From assembly GCA_030704615.1 (NCBI GenBank), contig JAKLZA010000126.1, positions 1 through 25,000 on the forward strand: DNA of 25,000 nucleotides, given 5' to 3'. This document shows positions 10,146 through 21,590 of this stretch, one piece after another. Made by a program: the position numbers and the translations under genes. The notes under the pieces are model-generated. The model saw only the letters and a list, made by a program, of their open reading frames with translations, made no database searches and was not told the DNA's origin. The DNA comes from Takakia lepidozioides (Eukaryota > Plantae > Bryophyta). Position 1 is the stretch's first letter, and each line of letters begins with the position of its first letter.

Positions 10146-12487
10146 GTACTGCAAGTTCTCGCTTTTGGAGAAAGGTCATCTGTCTTTCGAGCCACCATTC
10201 TTCCTGGCATGGAGGAACCCCGGGGCTGACTCCATGTACACTGACGTTATTGTGAAGGAGTGGCATCTGGAACATTTGCGTGATTGCCCTTGGTATGTGG
10301 ACCTTCCGCCCGGCTCGCTCGACCCCGAGTTTCAATTGAAGCTGGATGCTGAGGCCCGACGAAACCGGGCTCCGCTGCCTCCGCTGGGTCCAAAAGAGGC
10401 AAAAGCACTTGCCAACTCCAGGAAAGCGGCAGAGCTTGCTCAGGCAGGAATTCAGGAGAAATTGAATGAGAAGAATAAAGGCCAAAGGAAAAGGACAAGG
10501 AAACAGGTGAGTACAGTAACACCCAAAAAATAGAAAACCATCGGGGCATCAGAGGAGGCGCAGGAGGGGACTCAAGGGAGTGAATCGGACGATGACTTTG
10601 TTCAAGGTCCTGCGACTGCTGCTGCTGCTACCAAGTCACCGGTCGTCCGGGTTCCCAAGTCAGTTCGGAGTGGGACTGGCTTCTGCAAAGAAGTTGGCAT
10701 TTGAGGGCGAGCCTACACGGCGGTATTCAGCGGTGACGTTTACGCATAGGCCAAAGCTAGAACCTCCAACCATCATCCAATGCGTCAATGAGAGCTTCCT
10801 TGATGCTCTCGCTGCCAGGGCGAAGAAGGTGGCACACAGCAAGTCTTTGGCGGAGCAGAAGGGAAAAGCCAAGAAGAGGGCTGCCGGTACAGAGCCTAAA
10901 GACACCCCTGGTTTTGAAGCCATGATGGAATTCTTCACAGCTGTGAGCACGGATTGCAAGAGCAGTCGGGGGGGGGGGGGGGGGGGGAGGTGGAGAGAGC
11001 TTGCGATATGATTCTCCTCGACATTCCAGATGGGGAGCTGCTGGAGGGCCTGGATGGTGTGCCCAACTGGAACAGGTTTACTGAGGACTACTGGAAAGCC
11101 GGGTTCGGGCTGGCGGGGATGCTCCTGGATGACGGTGGATGTGTGGTTGTCTTTGCCACAAGAGGGAAGACCACAGAGAATGCGGTGGCAAGATGGACAC
11201 CGAAAAGTGTCCCCGGTCCTCTCAGAAATGGTTCTGCATCAATACACAGGGGTTGCGAACAAAGGGCCAAAGTGTAAGTTATCAATCTATTGCATTCACC
11301 TCATATTGTGGTGTATCTAAACTAGATCCCGGAGTTGATCCCTCTTTTGTTGGATGTGCAGACATTGGTGTTTGAGGCATATTGCTTTGTGAAGAGAGGG
11401 TCTACGTTCAAATTCCGCAACGACGGTCGTCTTGTTGATGCCACTGTGGACCCTATTACCTACGATGTCCTCTACAACTATGTGCCCCACTCCAGTATGC
11501 CGAAGGACACAAAGACAGGCAAACCGTGGCAGTACAGCCGGACCCGGAGCCCTGCTTTCATCCAAACCCTCATGGAGACGTGCTCGGATGTCCAAGGGCG
11601 GATTCTTGACCTCACATGTGGCACGGGTAAGCATTCACGTGCTCAGTTTGTCCCTGGCCCGATTGCAATTGCATGCCGCAAGCTATTAACCACCCCTTTG
11701 TTCCTCAGGTGTTTCAATGTGGGCAGGGACGTTGTCTGACAGGCATGTGTTCGCCTTCGAGCTAGATACTGCCCTCCACAACTCGGAACTTGCAGCGGCT
11801 GAACGTCTGCCCAAAGAGGAAGAGGCACCCTCGGAGGATGAGGAAAAATCCGAGAAGGAGCAGGGGGAGGAACAAGTTGGGATCGAGGCCGAGGAGCCCC
11901 GGTTTACGAGTGAGTGGTTGCATTGTAAGTTGCCTCCAGATTTCGTGAGGCACCTCCCTTCGCTCTCTTATTTCATTGAAAACCCTTTCTACTTCTGCTG
12001 GTATTGACATTCTTGAAGTGGATTTGTTCTTACTGTAGGATGCCAAGTACTGCAGGAGGGACATCTACACCGGAGTTCATGGGCAGGAGGAATGTGCCTT
12101 TTTTTGCCAAGGGGGATTTCATGCCTAGTCCAGAAAGGGACTACATCCTTCCCACTTATGCTGCCGGCTTGCTTCGGTGTCCATTAGGAGGTCTTCCGAA
12201 CCTAGTCGTGTACAGCAGATTTTAGACGAGGCAAGCCTCAAGAAAATGAAGATGAGGGAGGAGGCAGCAGATATTAGAGCCGTCGGGCTCGTAGATTTGT
12301 CTTGGATTCTGCTGAGGAAAGTGGGGGAGAAGAGGCAGAAGATTCCCAGGAGGTGAGGTGGACAATCCCCCAAGGAGAGGACGGAATTTTTGAGAGGCTT
12401 GATGCATCACAGAGCTCGGAGGTTGGGGGGGATGAGGGGGATGAGGAAGAAGGAGGGCCAAGTTCCTCGGAAGGTGTAGGAGAGTAG
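10146..12487 (+). pseudogene. 5'-truncated diverged paralog of the ParB-MTase-like gene (3' exons only)
   Basis: PPFFLAWRNPG..KEWHLEHLRDCPWYVDLP, CDMILLDIPDG..VPNWN, RTRSPAFIQTLMETCSDVQGRILDLTCGTG, RHVFAFELD and RWTIPQGEDGIFE align with 6857-9316 and intron positions match. Frameshifts near 10530, at the G20 run 10968-10987, near 11220 and near 12170-12220. Confidence 0.85.
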
Positions 12488-12589
12488 TTCCCATTCCTGC
12501 TATGTCAGTTAGGACACACTTGTATAGACGTGGCTTGCCACAATATTTGCAATAAAATGTTGCATTTCATTGCTATGACGAGTCCACAT

Positions 12590-12698
12590 GACCCTATTTC
12601 CGTGCCTCCTAACCCTATTTCCGTGGCCACACAATGGCCCGCTCATGCTTTTTTTTTTTTCCGCTCATGCTCATGCCGCTCATGAAATAGCAGCCCCC
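12590..12698. repeat. Candidate right terminus of the second element copy
   Basis: ACCCTATTTCCGTG twice, CCGCTCATG three times, then GAAATAGCAGCCCCC; matches 9876-10009. Confidence 0.55.
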
Positions 12699-12800
12699 TT
12701 GGTGCAACCCCAATAGCTGATTTTGTGGAATCCCCCACCACTAAGGCTTTGGTTTTAGACCAGTTAATCTTGAATCCCGAAACATTGCAGAAACTTTGCA
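12699..12800 (-). mobile_element. Short fragment of a LINE (L1-like) reverse transcriptase
   Basis: Translates to LQSFCNVSGFKINWSKTKAL, matching the F...SGL.IN..KT motif downstream of YADD in non-LTR RTs. Confidence 0.65.
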
Positions 12801-13387
12801 AACAGAGGGCCAGAGTGTAAGTTATCAATCTATTGCATTCACTTCATATTGTGGTGTATCTAAACTAGACCCTGGAGTGGATCCCTCTTTTGTTGGATGT
12901 GCACACATTGGTGTTTGAGGCATATTATTTTGTGAAGAGAGGGTCTACGTTCAAATTCCGCAATGATGCACTGTGGACCCTATTACCTACGATGTCCTCT
13001 ACAACTATGTGCCCCAATCCAGTATGCCGAAGGACACAAAGACAGGCAAATCGTGGCTGTACAGCCGGACCCGGAGCCCTGCTTTCATCCAAACCCTCAT
13101 GGAGACGTGCTCGGATGTCCAAGGGCGGATTCTTGACCTCACATGCGGCACGGGTAAGCCTTCACGTGCACATTTTGTCCCTGGCCCGATTGCAATTGCA
13201 TGCCGCATGCTACTAAACACCGCTTTGTCCCTCAGGTGCTTCAATGTGGGCAGGGACGTTGTCCGACAGGCATGTCTTCGCCTTCGAGCCAGATACTGCC
13301 CTCCACAACTCTGAACTTGTAGCGGCTGAACGTCTGCCGAAAGAGGAAGAGGCATCCTCGGAGGATGAGGAAGAATCCGAGAAGGAG
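12797..13387 (+). pseudogene. Third partial copy of the MTase-like exons, near-identical to 11254-11860
   Basis: Direct nucleotide match including introns, with a short deletion near 12965; ends abruptly at GAGAAGGAG where the retroelement repeat begins. Confidence 0.9.
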
Positions 13388-13561
13388 TGCGCATACATAT
13401 CGCTACACAACTACATCGCTGTCCAAAACCACACAACACATGTGCACACCACACACTAGTATACCACTAGTCCACCACTAGTCCACCAACCACTAGGCTA
13501 CAACTAGTCAGTCACTAGGCTGCCACTATGCTGCCCACTATGGCAGTCACTAGTCCACACA
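13388..13561 (-). repeat. Extra terminal copy of LTR segment A
   Basis: Matches 13880-14065 (gcatacatatcgctacacaac...tagtccacaca), with one fewer ccactagtcca unit and a slightly altered outer end. Confidence 0.92.
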
Positions 13562-13562
13562 A

Positions 13563-14065
13563 TGATAAAGAAGAAGAATACAAGCACGAGCTCACAAAGC
13601 TGAAGCATAAACTCATGCATATAACCTCATCACTCAAATACAAGTCAAGCCAAGTGCACCCCACGCCATGGGGAATCCACACTACGGCGCCATAGCTAGG
13701 CGCGGTGAGGCTCAACTCGAGAAAGATGAGCCTCCCGCGCTTGCCGTGAAGATAACCACTCCAGGGCCTAAATCTGCCTTGACCCCTGGATTGACACTTG
13801 GGCCAATCCCAAATGTCAATATGTAAAAGCTAGCTATTTCCTAGCTAGTTTCACACTAGTGGTAAAATAACTTGACAGCTGTCGTGCATACATATCGCTA
13901 CACAACTACATCGCTGTCCAAAACCACACAACACATGTGCACACCACACACTAGTATACCACTAGTCCACCACTAGTCCAGCCACTAGTCCAACCACTAG
14001 GCTACAACTAGTCAGTCACTAGGCTGCCACTATGCTGCCCACTATGGCAGTCACTAGTCCACACA
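13563..14065 (-). repeat. Complete 3' LTR (segments A+B, 503 bp, TG...CA)
   Basis: Minus strand begins TGTGTGG just after the PPT and ends TTTATCA; segment B (13563-13877) is nearly identical to 24164-24479. Confidence 0.88.
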
Positions 14066-14067
14066 AT

Positions 14068-14078
14068 CGCCCCCCTAG
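14068..14078 (-). other. Polypurine tract
   Basis: Minus strand reads CTAGGGGGGCG-AT-TGTG, directly upstream of the 3' LTR. Confidence 0.7.
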
Positions 14079-14324
14079 CTGGTGCTTAGGTCCCTCTAAG
14101 TCCAGGTAGCCACAAGATGTGATAGTGACCATAGCCTCACTAAGTCCTCCACCACTATCCTACTACACTCAAACTCGATAGATCAAGAGGCCGGGTGCAA
14201 GAGTTGCCCCATCGTTAGTCGCCGTCTTGCAACCTGTGAACTTGAGCTTGGGATCTCATGTATTGACTCCTATGAGCTTGGCCTCCCATGTCTTGTTAGC
14301 TGCCTCCAGTCATGTCCACTGCCA

Positions 14325-14470
14325 CTATCCCAAGCAGTGTGGACACAACCAATCTCCGTCAGGAACCTTCTCAAGAGGTGGTGTCAAGCATCCCATATGC
14401 CAACCCTTGAGCATCGATCACACACCAGCATGGTGGCTGCCCCTTTGGCAGACCCACAGAGCATGCACCT
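14325..14470 (-). CDS. PHD finger at the integrase C-terminus (frameshifted)
   Basis: Manual translation: LRCMLCGSAKGAATMLVCDRCSR/WHMGCLTPPLEKVPDGDWLCPHCLG* gives a C4-H-C3 pattern with the conserved W. Confidence 0.88.
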
Positions 14471-14587
14471 CAAACCTGCAGGTACCACTGCCAAGTTTGG
14501 GTCAACTCTGCCATCGACATTGGGAAGGTGACATGCGCACAATTACGCACATGGTCCTTCCAAGTCATGCCATCCCGACCCTCAAGA

Positions 14588-15700
14588 TCAGGACCCTGAG
14601 GGCAACACCTCTCGAACCCTCAGAATAACACGCCCTGCAGTAACATCCAGAGTCGTAGGAGCAGTCTGCTGCAAATAAACATAGTCACCAGGGCTAAACC
14701 TCCGAACCCCAGGACGATATCCTCCACCACGTATAGTGGCATACCTCAACGTATCACGGTGCTGTGCAATGGCAAGGTTCTCAAAAGCCATGGGCATGAC
14801 TTTCTTGAACAACTCTGCACGCTGATCACATGCACGTACCCACACGTCCGGATCGTCAAGGTTAAGGACTTGAGCAGTGTCCCTACGAAATGGCTGCAGG
14901 CAAATCCGGCTCTCGGCCAAAAGAAGGAAATATGGTGAGAAGGAGGCAAGTGATGCTTGTTTGCTGAACCTGTAGCCCATGGCTAACCAAGGAACCTGAA
15001 GATCCCAATCTCCTAGGTGTCCCTTCTGCAAGCCATACTTGCGCAAACCCCTCTTCACCGTCTGAACAACTCTCTCTGCTAAGCCATCGGCCTCAGGATG
15101 ATCCCGAGAAGTGGTGCGGTGGTCTATCAAGGCTTTATCACACAAAGCCTGAAACTCCCCCAAGAACTCTCTCCCTTGGTCCGTGAGTACCTCAGCTGGA
15201 GCACCAAATCGGCTAAGCACACGATCCAAGAATGCATACGCAGCCCCCTCACTAGCCTTGTCAGGCAATGGAACCAACTCAATCCACTTGGAGAAGTGCT
15301 CCACCATCACCAACACATATCTGTGGTGGCGCATAGTCAGTGGCAACGGTCCTGCGAAGTCAAGACTCCACCTGTAGCCCAATCCCATGATTGGTAAAGG
15401 ATGCAACTGTGGTGTAGGGGCGTTGAATGAAGCACGCACCCTGTCACACACCATGCACCTAGCCACGAACTGTTGCACCTCTGTATGCATACCACGCCAC
15501 CAATACTGCCCTGCAGTAAACTGTGAGTGCGTCGCACTCCAAAATGCCCCAACTCCTCATGGGCATGCCGCACTAACCGTGCACGCTGTGTGGGGTGAGG
15601 CACAATCCTCACCCGACCATCCTCCCACACTCGAAGTAGGTGTATCCCCTCCCACTTGAACCTCTTGGCTCGTTGCAGGATCCGATCCCTCTCCCTGGCA
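14588..15700 (-). CDS. Integrase (HHCC, DDE core, C-terminal module), frameshifted
   Basis: HEELGHFG...CMVCDR; WSLDFAGPLP; VLTDQGREF; HPEADGLAERVVQTVK; FSPGDYVYL. Confidence 0.95.
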
Positions 15701-15899
15701 GTCACATGGCTGCCGTGTCTCCCGTGGAGGTAGTCCAACACAGCCGAATCCTCATGTATATCTCTGGCACCACCTGGCTCATCACTAGCCTCAGGGTCCT
15801 CAGACACTCCGTCTACAGTCATCCCTGTTGTAGGTCCAACCTGACCTCCGATGCCAAGATACACAAAAATGCAGATGCGTGCCATCCCGGCACCATCTC

Positions 15900-16526
15900 C
15901 TCGTCCGTCTCACCATGCCACCGAGCTCCAGTGTCATCCTGCTGGCTCATGCATGGATTGCGACTCAATCCATCCGCATCCCGATTGACCAAACCCGGTC
16001 GATGCACAACCTGAAAGTCATACTCCTGGAGTATAAGTGCCCACCGTGCAAGCTTCCCCGTAAGCTTGTCTGACTCCATCAACCACTTGAGTGGCTGGTG
16101 ATCCGTGACAAGGGTGAAAAGATTGCCGTATAGATAGCACCTGAAGTGTGCCACGGCCCACACTGCAGCTAAGCACTCTCCCTCATATGAGCTGTACTTA
16201 GCCTCTGCAGCGTTGTTCGAGCGGCTAGCATAAGCCACTACGAACTCTCTTCCCTCATCATCCACCTGTGTGAGCACCGCTCCAAGCCCCAGCATGCTCC
16301 AATCCGTATGCAGCTGAAAGGGACGCCCCCTGATAGGTCGTCTCAGGATAGGCGCCGAGGTCAACCTCGCCTTGAGCTCTTGAAAAGCTCGTTCCTGCTC
16401 ATCTTCCCACTGCCACTCCTGGTCCACCTTGGTCAGCTTGGTTAGAGCCTTTGCAATGGTACTAAATCCCTTGACAAACCGTCTATAATAGTTTGCCAAC
16501 CCCATGAAAGCTCGAACTCGGCTCAC
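15900..16526 (-). CDS. RT connection and RNase H
   Basis: VRAFMGLANYYRRFV; FQLHTDWS; YSSYEGECLAAVWA; LVTDHQPL; NRDADGLSR. Confidence 0.95.
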
Positions 16527-17300
16527 ATCCGTGGGCGTGGAATTTGTGCAATGGCCTCTACCTTAGTCTGCTGTACCCCCAATCCTCCAGGATATATCAT
16601 GTGACCCAGATACTCAATCTGGTTGTGGAAAAACTTGCACTTCCCCGGATGCAACTTCAATCCGTGCGCTCTCAAGCGCTCCAATACCACCTGAAGGTGT
16701 CTCTCATGCTCCCTCCATCGTAACACTAAAGATGATGATGTCATCTATGTAGCACCGAGCAAAGTCCACCCCTGCTAGAATCCTATCCATGACTCTCTGA
16801 AACTCTGCAGGAGCATTCTTAAGCCCAAATGGTAAGAACCGCCACTGATATAGGCAATCCTTGCCGTGCTCATTGATCCCCCAGAATGCCGTCTTCTGCT
16901 TGTCCGCCTCCTTGATTGGCAACTGGTGATATCCGGATCGTAAATCCAAAGTGCTAAAGGCCTTAGCATGCCCGATGGCATCAAAGATCTCCTCTGGTTG
17001 GCATGGCATACTTATCGGACTTGGTCTGACGATTTACAGGCCGGTAATCACCGCACATACGTCTCTCCGTCCAATTGCCATAGACATCCTTCTTGGCTGG
17101 CATCACTGTGGCTGAAGCATACTCTCCACCAGAGAGCTCCACCAAACCTGCCTCCCAGAGATCTTGAGTCCTCATCTGAATCAAAGACCTCTCCATGTCA
17201 CTGTATCTATAGGGTCTCCGAAAGATTGGCGTGTCAGTGGCCAACTCAATACGGATCTCTTGACCCTTCAGTGCTCCCAAGTCCTTCAAACTGAAGGCAA
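16527..17300 (-). CDS. Reverse transcriptase (Ty3/Gypsy), frameshifted
   Basis: RMCGDYRPVN; FSTLDLRSGYHQ; LPFGLKNAPAEFQR; CYIDDIIIFS; KCKF...YLGH. Confidence 0.97.
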
Positions 17301-17749
17301 AGCAATTCCTGTAAGCCCTCAGGAACCGCCGTATACGTCGTCTCTCTCCTCCGGTGACAATGGGTCCAATGTCAGGCTCCCAATTGTCCTCCGTAACTGC
17401 AACCTTAAGTCCAGTGGGCTTAGAGGTAGAGGACGCGTCCAGTGGTTGCTATGTTGCAACCTCTTGAGCAGTACTCCCTGCCTGCTCAGTCAATGACAAG
17501 GCCTCATCCTGCCCCATCATCTCATCCTTGAGGACCTCCTCAACCCGAGAAGAATCCCCAACCTCATCCATCAGCCGCCTTGGCTGCCAACTCCCTCTGA
17601 AACCTCGAGCACCTCCCACGTGTGCCATGGATGCATGCACCCCGTGGTCCTCACATGCTCGCCCCCACTCACTGCCTGTACCGTCTCGGTAGGCAGAGAG
17701 ACCATTGAGGGAAGTGTACTCCGCACTCTGCGTTGCTCAGCCAGAGCCA

Positions 17750-18705
17750 AGCTGATAATCCAGGTCAAGCAATTGAGATCCATTGCTTGCCCCAACACTT
17801 GACGACGTGATGCCTCAGAAAGAGACGACACCGCCGTGGTACCAGTGGTAAAACCCATTGCCCGCTCACGCTCTCGTCAGCATTAGGCTCCACTAACTGC
17901 TGCAACTGAGCATCCCACAGGAGGCCAGGTCCACTATCCCGGAAAGCATGCGATCCTGGGAAGCTGAGCAGTGTAGGTAATGCTGCTCGTGGTTGACCCA
18001 CCTTGTTGACCACTGCCAAAGGCGAACGGTCATCGTGTCTCACACGCTGAGACTGCCTCCCTGTGTCCAGAATGTTATCCACTGTGAGATGTGCTGGCCG
18101 CTGCACCCCATCAAATGCACGCTTGAGCAGTGCGGGTGGCATCAAGTTAGTCCACCATAGCCGTGGACGATGAGCCCGTGACCCCACTGTAGCTGCATCT
18201 AGCAACACTGCTGACCCAAGCCACGACCGGACTTGATGCACACTGGCCATCACCCTGGCCGAGAATCGCCCATCAGTGGCACATTCTCCAAGATGTATGC
18301 TGGAGATACAGCTTGATGAAGCTGCAAGTGGCGCAAAACCCGCACCATCTCCCAAAACAGACCCGACCTCGAGTCTCGCAATCCATTGCCATGCCCGGCT
18401 GATGAATGCCCTTGGCAGGGCCAACCTGCCACTACCAGATCAATGGAGCCAACCCGCTCCAAATCCTGCGCCCCCAGCAACGAAATGTCTGCTGGCAAGG
18501 CCTGCTGATATCCACGAATTGCAGACACCGACAACAACTCAGGGTACCGCTGCACCAACTGAGCAACATGGCGAAGTGAAACGCGTCGTGCAGTCTCATC
18601 CCTCTCCACATACAGGTAACGCCGAACTCGTACACCTGCCTGTAACACAGCAGCCAATCCGGTGCTGATCCCGCCAAACAAGTCCAGAAGACAAATGCCT
18701 TCATC
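17750..18705 (-). CDS. C5 cytosine DNA methyltransferase domain (DNMT3-like motif order) embedded in pol
   Basis: Motif I LLDLFGGIS, II YVERD, III ADIS, IV IDLVVAGWPCQGHS, VI YILENV, VIII AHRPRLWWTNL, IX-X E/RERAMGF...RRQVLGQAMD; split over three frames by two frameshifts (near 18255 and 17870). Confidence 0.93.
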
Positions 18706-19039
18706 CGATACTGCCACACAATAGGTGTGGTGTCCAATGGAGACAATTGAGGTGGTCCTGGTGCAATCCCCGCACTCTCCTCCTCTCCTGACGGTACAAA
18801 AGCCTCCACCCAGGCTTGTTGCACCCGTCGATCAGCATCCCGCTGCAAATCCTTGCTCGTGCCCCACAATGGAGTCTGAGCAACCATGGTAGGCAACTCC
18901 GCCATACCATACATGTCATCCTGCTCTCCGGAGGTGGTACATCCTCTGAATGAGCGTTGCCCTCAAGCAACTCTCTAGGCCAACTCACTGCCGCTGTGAA
19001 TGCTGCTAGTGTCGGCATCTTGCCTCGCTGGGCAACCGC

Positions 19040-19490
19040 AACTCCTCCTATGAACGTCACAGGGAGCTGCACACGCCGGCCCTCCCCTGACTGCCATGCA
19101 GGCCTATAGGAAGCTGACTCCTCCCAAAAATCCAGGGTGAAGCCCATGGGGTACAACACTGCCCCACCAACCAGGACATCGTATGAGACCGCGTCTGTCA
19201 CAATGGCCTTGGCTCGCATCACTGAGCCATCTGTAGGGTGATCCGGCCGTAGTCTGATAGCCAACTCACGCCGTGTCATGCCCCGAGCCTGCTCCGATCC
19301 TCCCAGAGACGTCTGTATCTGGAAAGGACAAGGCTCCATATCCGCCTCCGTGAGGCCCAAGCCTGCAATAGCAGCTCTGCCCAGCATCAATGGCTGAGCT
19401 CCCGAGTCCAACAAGACCCGCAGTGGCCGGTACCTCTTGCCTGCCGGTCCACTCAAACAGAAAATGCCATCCTGGTTGTCTAACATGACA
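19040..19490 (-). CDS. Aspartic protease domain
   Basis: VLLDSGAQ (about 19396-19418) and YDVLVGGAVL within ORF 18701..20497. Confidence 0.85.
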
Positions 19491-20349
19491 ACTCCAGGTG
19501 TCACCATGGCGCGCTCAATGGCTGGCCTAGCTGGCAGCTCCATCAACCTGGCAGCTGCAGCTTGCCATGGCGCCGCCGTGGCAGTCTTGACCCTCAAATC
19601 CGAGGATCCCTCCGGCACTACACCTCCCACTATCTCCGCAGAAGATGAAGTAACCTCCCCACTCTCACAGAGTGTAGCTGCCAGCCTGAACACCTCAGCT
19701 GGTCTTACCCCCGGCGTCGCAATCATGGTAGCCGAGAACAATGGAGCCTGGCACACAGATGTGGCCGCTCCTAGCAGCACACTAGCTGCCGTAGCCTTGG
19801 CAACACTAGGTAGTGGTGCTACCCGTGTAGCTCTCCCCAATGGCATAGTAACCTCCGCCTCGGTAACAGTCGGGCGAGAACTAGGTGCCATGGATGGCGT
19901 CGACACTGTCTCCGCCAATGTGAATGACTGAGGAAGCCTAGCCTGACGGCTTGCCTCCCCACGCTGTGGATCCAACTCCACCTCTGCACCTCGTGGCTCA
20001 GGAACTCGTGCTGCTCCTCGAGTCACGGCTGCAGCAGACTCCACCTGCACTAGTGGTAGTGCTGCTCCACACATGAATCCCATGCCTCCCATATCTCCTC
20101 CCTCAGGAGCAGGAGGTGGACCATCCGGCCTTAGAGCCGGTACCACCTGAGCTGTAGCCATGGCAGCGAGCCTCTGCTCTAGCTGCTGAAGCCGGTTGGC
20201 CATGCCTTGGTCAACACCCTGACCTCCGCGTCCTTGGCCATGTTGAGCTTGCCCTTGGCCTGCACCTCGTGGCTGGCCACCTCGTCCTCTCTGGGCTGCT
20301 CCACCTCGCCCCCGGCCACCATTGTTCCCTTGGAACTGGCCTGGGCGCA

Positions 20350-21590
20350 ACTCAGGATGCAAACCATAACACTGGGCCTCTCCATGCCCGTGCTTGCCAC
20401 AATGCCCACACTGCAACTGTGCAGGCTGTGCATGTGCCGGCCCTTTGCCCCCTCTGGGCAATCCTTCTTGACATGGGGTCCTCCACATGTCCAGCACACC
20501 ACATCCGCCCGTTGTTGGCCAGCAAATGAAGGGAGAGACCCCTGCATCTGAGGTCCTCTCTGCCCTTCCCTGAGCTTCACCTGAGCCCCCTTGTTGCCTT
20601 GAGCACGTTGAGGTAGTGGTTGGCTAGGAGCACCACTACCCCGTGGTGTCTCCTTAGCAAATCCCACCATGACCACTCGTTCCTCCACCATGTTGAGCTC
20701 TATCCGCTCTGCCAGCAAAAACACATTTGCTAAGGTGGGTTGGGCCGCTTGTAGGAGAGTTGCATCCCGCACCCTTCTCCTCAGCTCCTTGTCCAATATC
20801 CCATACCAGAATTGGACTGCCTGAGCTTCCGTAACCCCTTGGGTTACATTTATCAAGCGCCTCATGCGAGTGAAAGCCTCCCTCAAGCTCTCGGTCGGCT
20901 TCCGTTGGAACTCTTGCAAGCTCCGCAACTTCTCTGTCCTCACCCCTTGGTAGTTCCCTCTCAACTCTTCGAAGAACTCCACAACAGGGTTGAAGGCAGG
21001 CACGGGTGCTAGTGCTGGTGCGGTAGTGGCTTGGGTGGACGTCGTAGCTACTGTACCACCAGTCCCACTGCTACTTGCTGAAGCTGCCGGTGCAGCGGCA
21101 GGTGTAGCCACTGCCCTCGTGGCTCTAGTGCCCCTAGTGATGGAGACATAGTCGGGTGACCAGTACATCCTCCACTCCTCGATCTCAACCTCATGCCCCC
21201 GCCTGAACTCATGGTAATCATCCATAGGCGGCCCCTCAAGGTGCTGAAACAGCCCCTTCCATGCCATGAAAGGCGTAAATAGTTGTGGATTGCGCATTTG
21301 CTGCAAATCACACCAACTATCAAACTCTTGGATAAAATCATCCAACTCGATGGTGCCCACCGCCCCAGAGTACCTTCGTGGCCCCTTGGTAGCTCCATAC
21401 ATCTCCTCCATTGTGTCCCACAACAATGGCAAAGAAACAACTTGCACCGCCGGTATGAGTCCTCCTGATTCACAATCCGAATCAGAACCTTCCGTAGAAG
21501 ACACAGGAGGTGAAGGTGGCCTAAACCGCACACCTCGTCTCGTGTACCCACTAGTAGGCTAGTGCTCGAACCGGCACTGTCCCCAGCAAC
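20350..21590 (-). CDS. Gag with two zinc knuckles
   Basis: Capsid-like FQRKPTESLREAFTRMRRL; CWTCGGPHVKKDC, then after a frameshift near 20455 CGHCGKHGHGEAQC. Start uncertain. Confidence 0.85.

Noticed and set aside
10968-10987. G20 run as a functional G-quadruplex or programmed frameshift
   Set aside because: It lies in a decayed paralog; the corresponding site in copy 1 has only a short G run; likely slippage or sequencing error.
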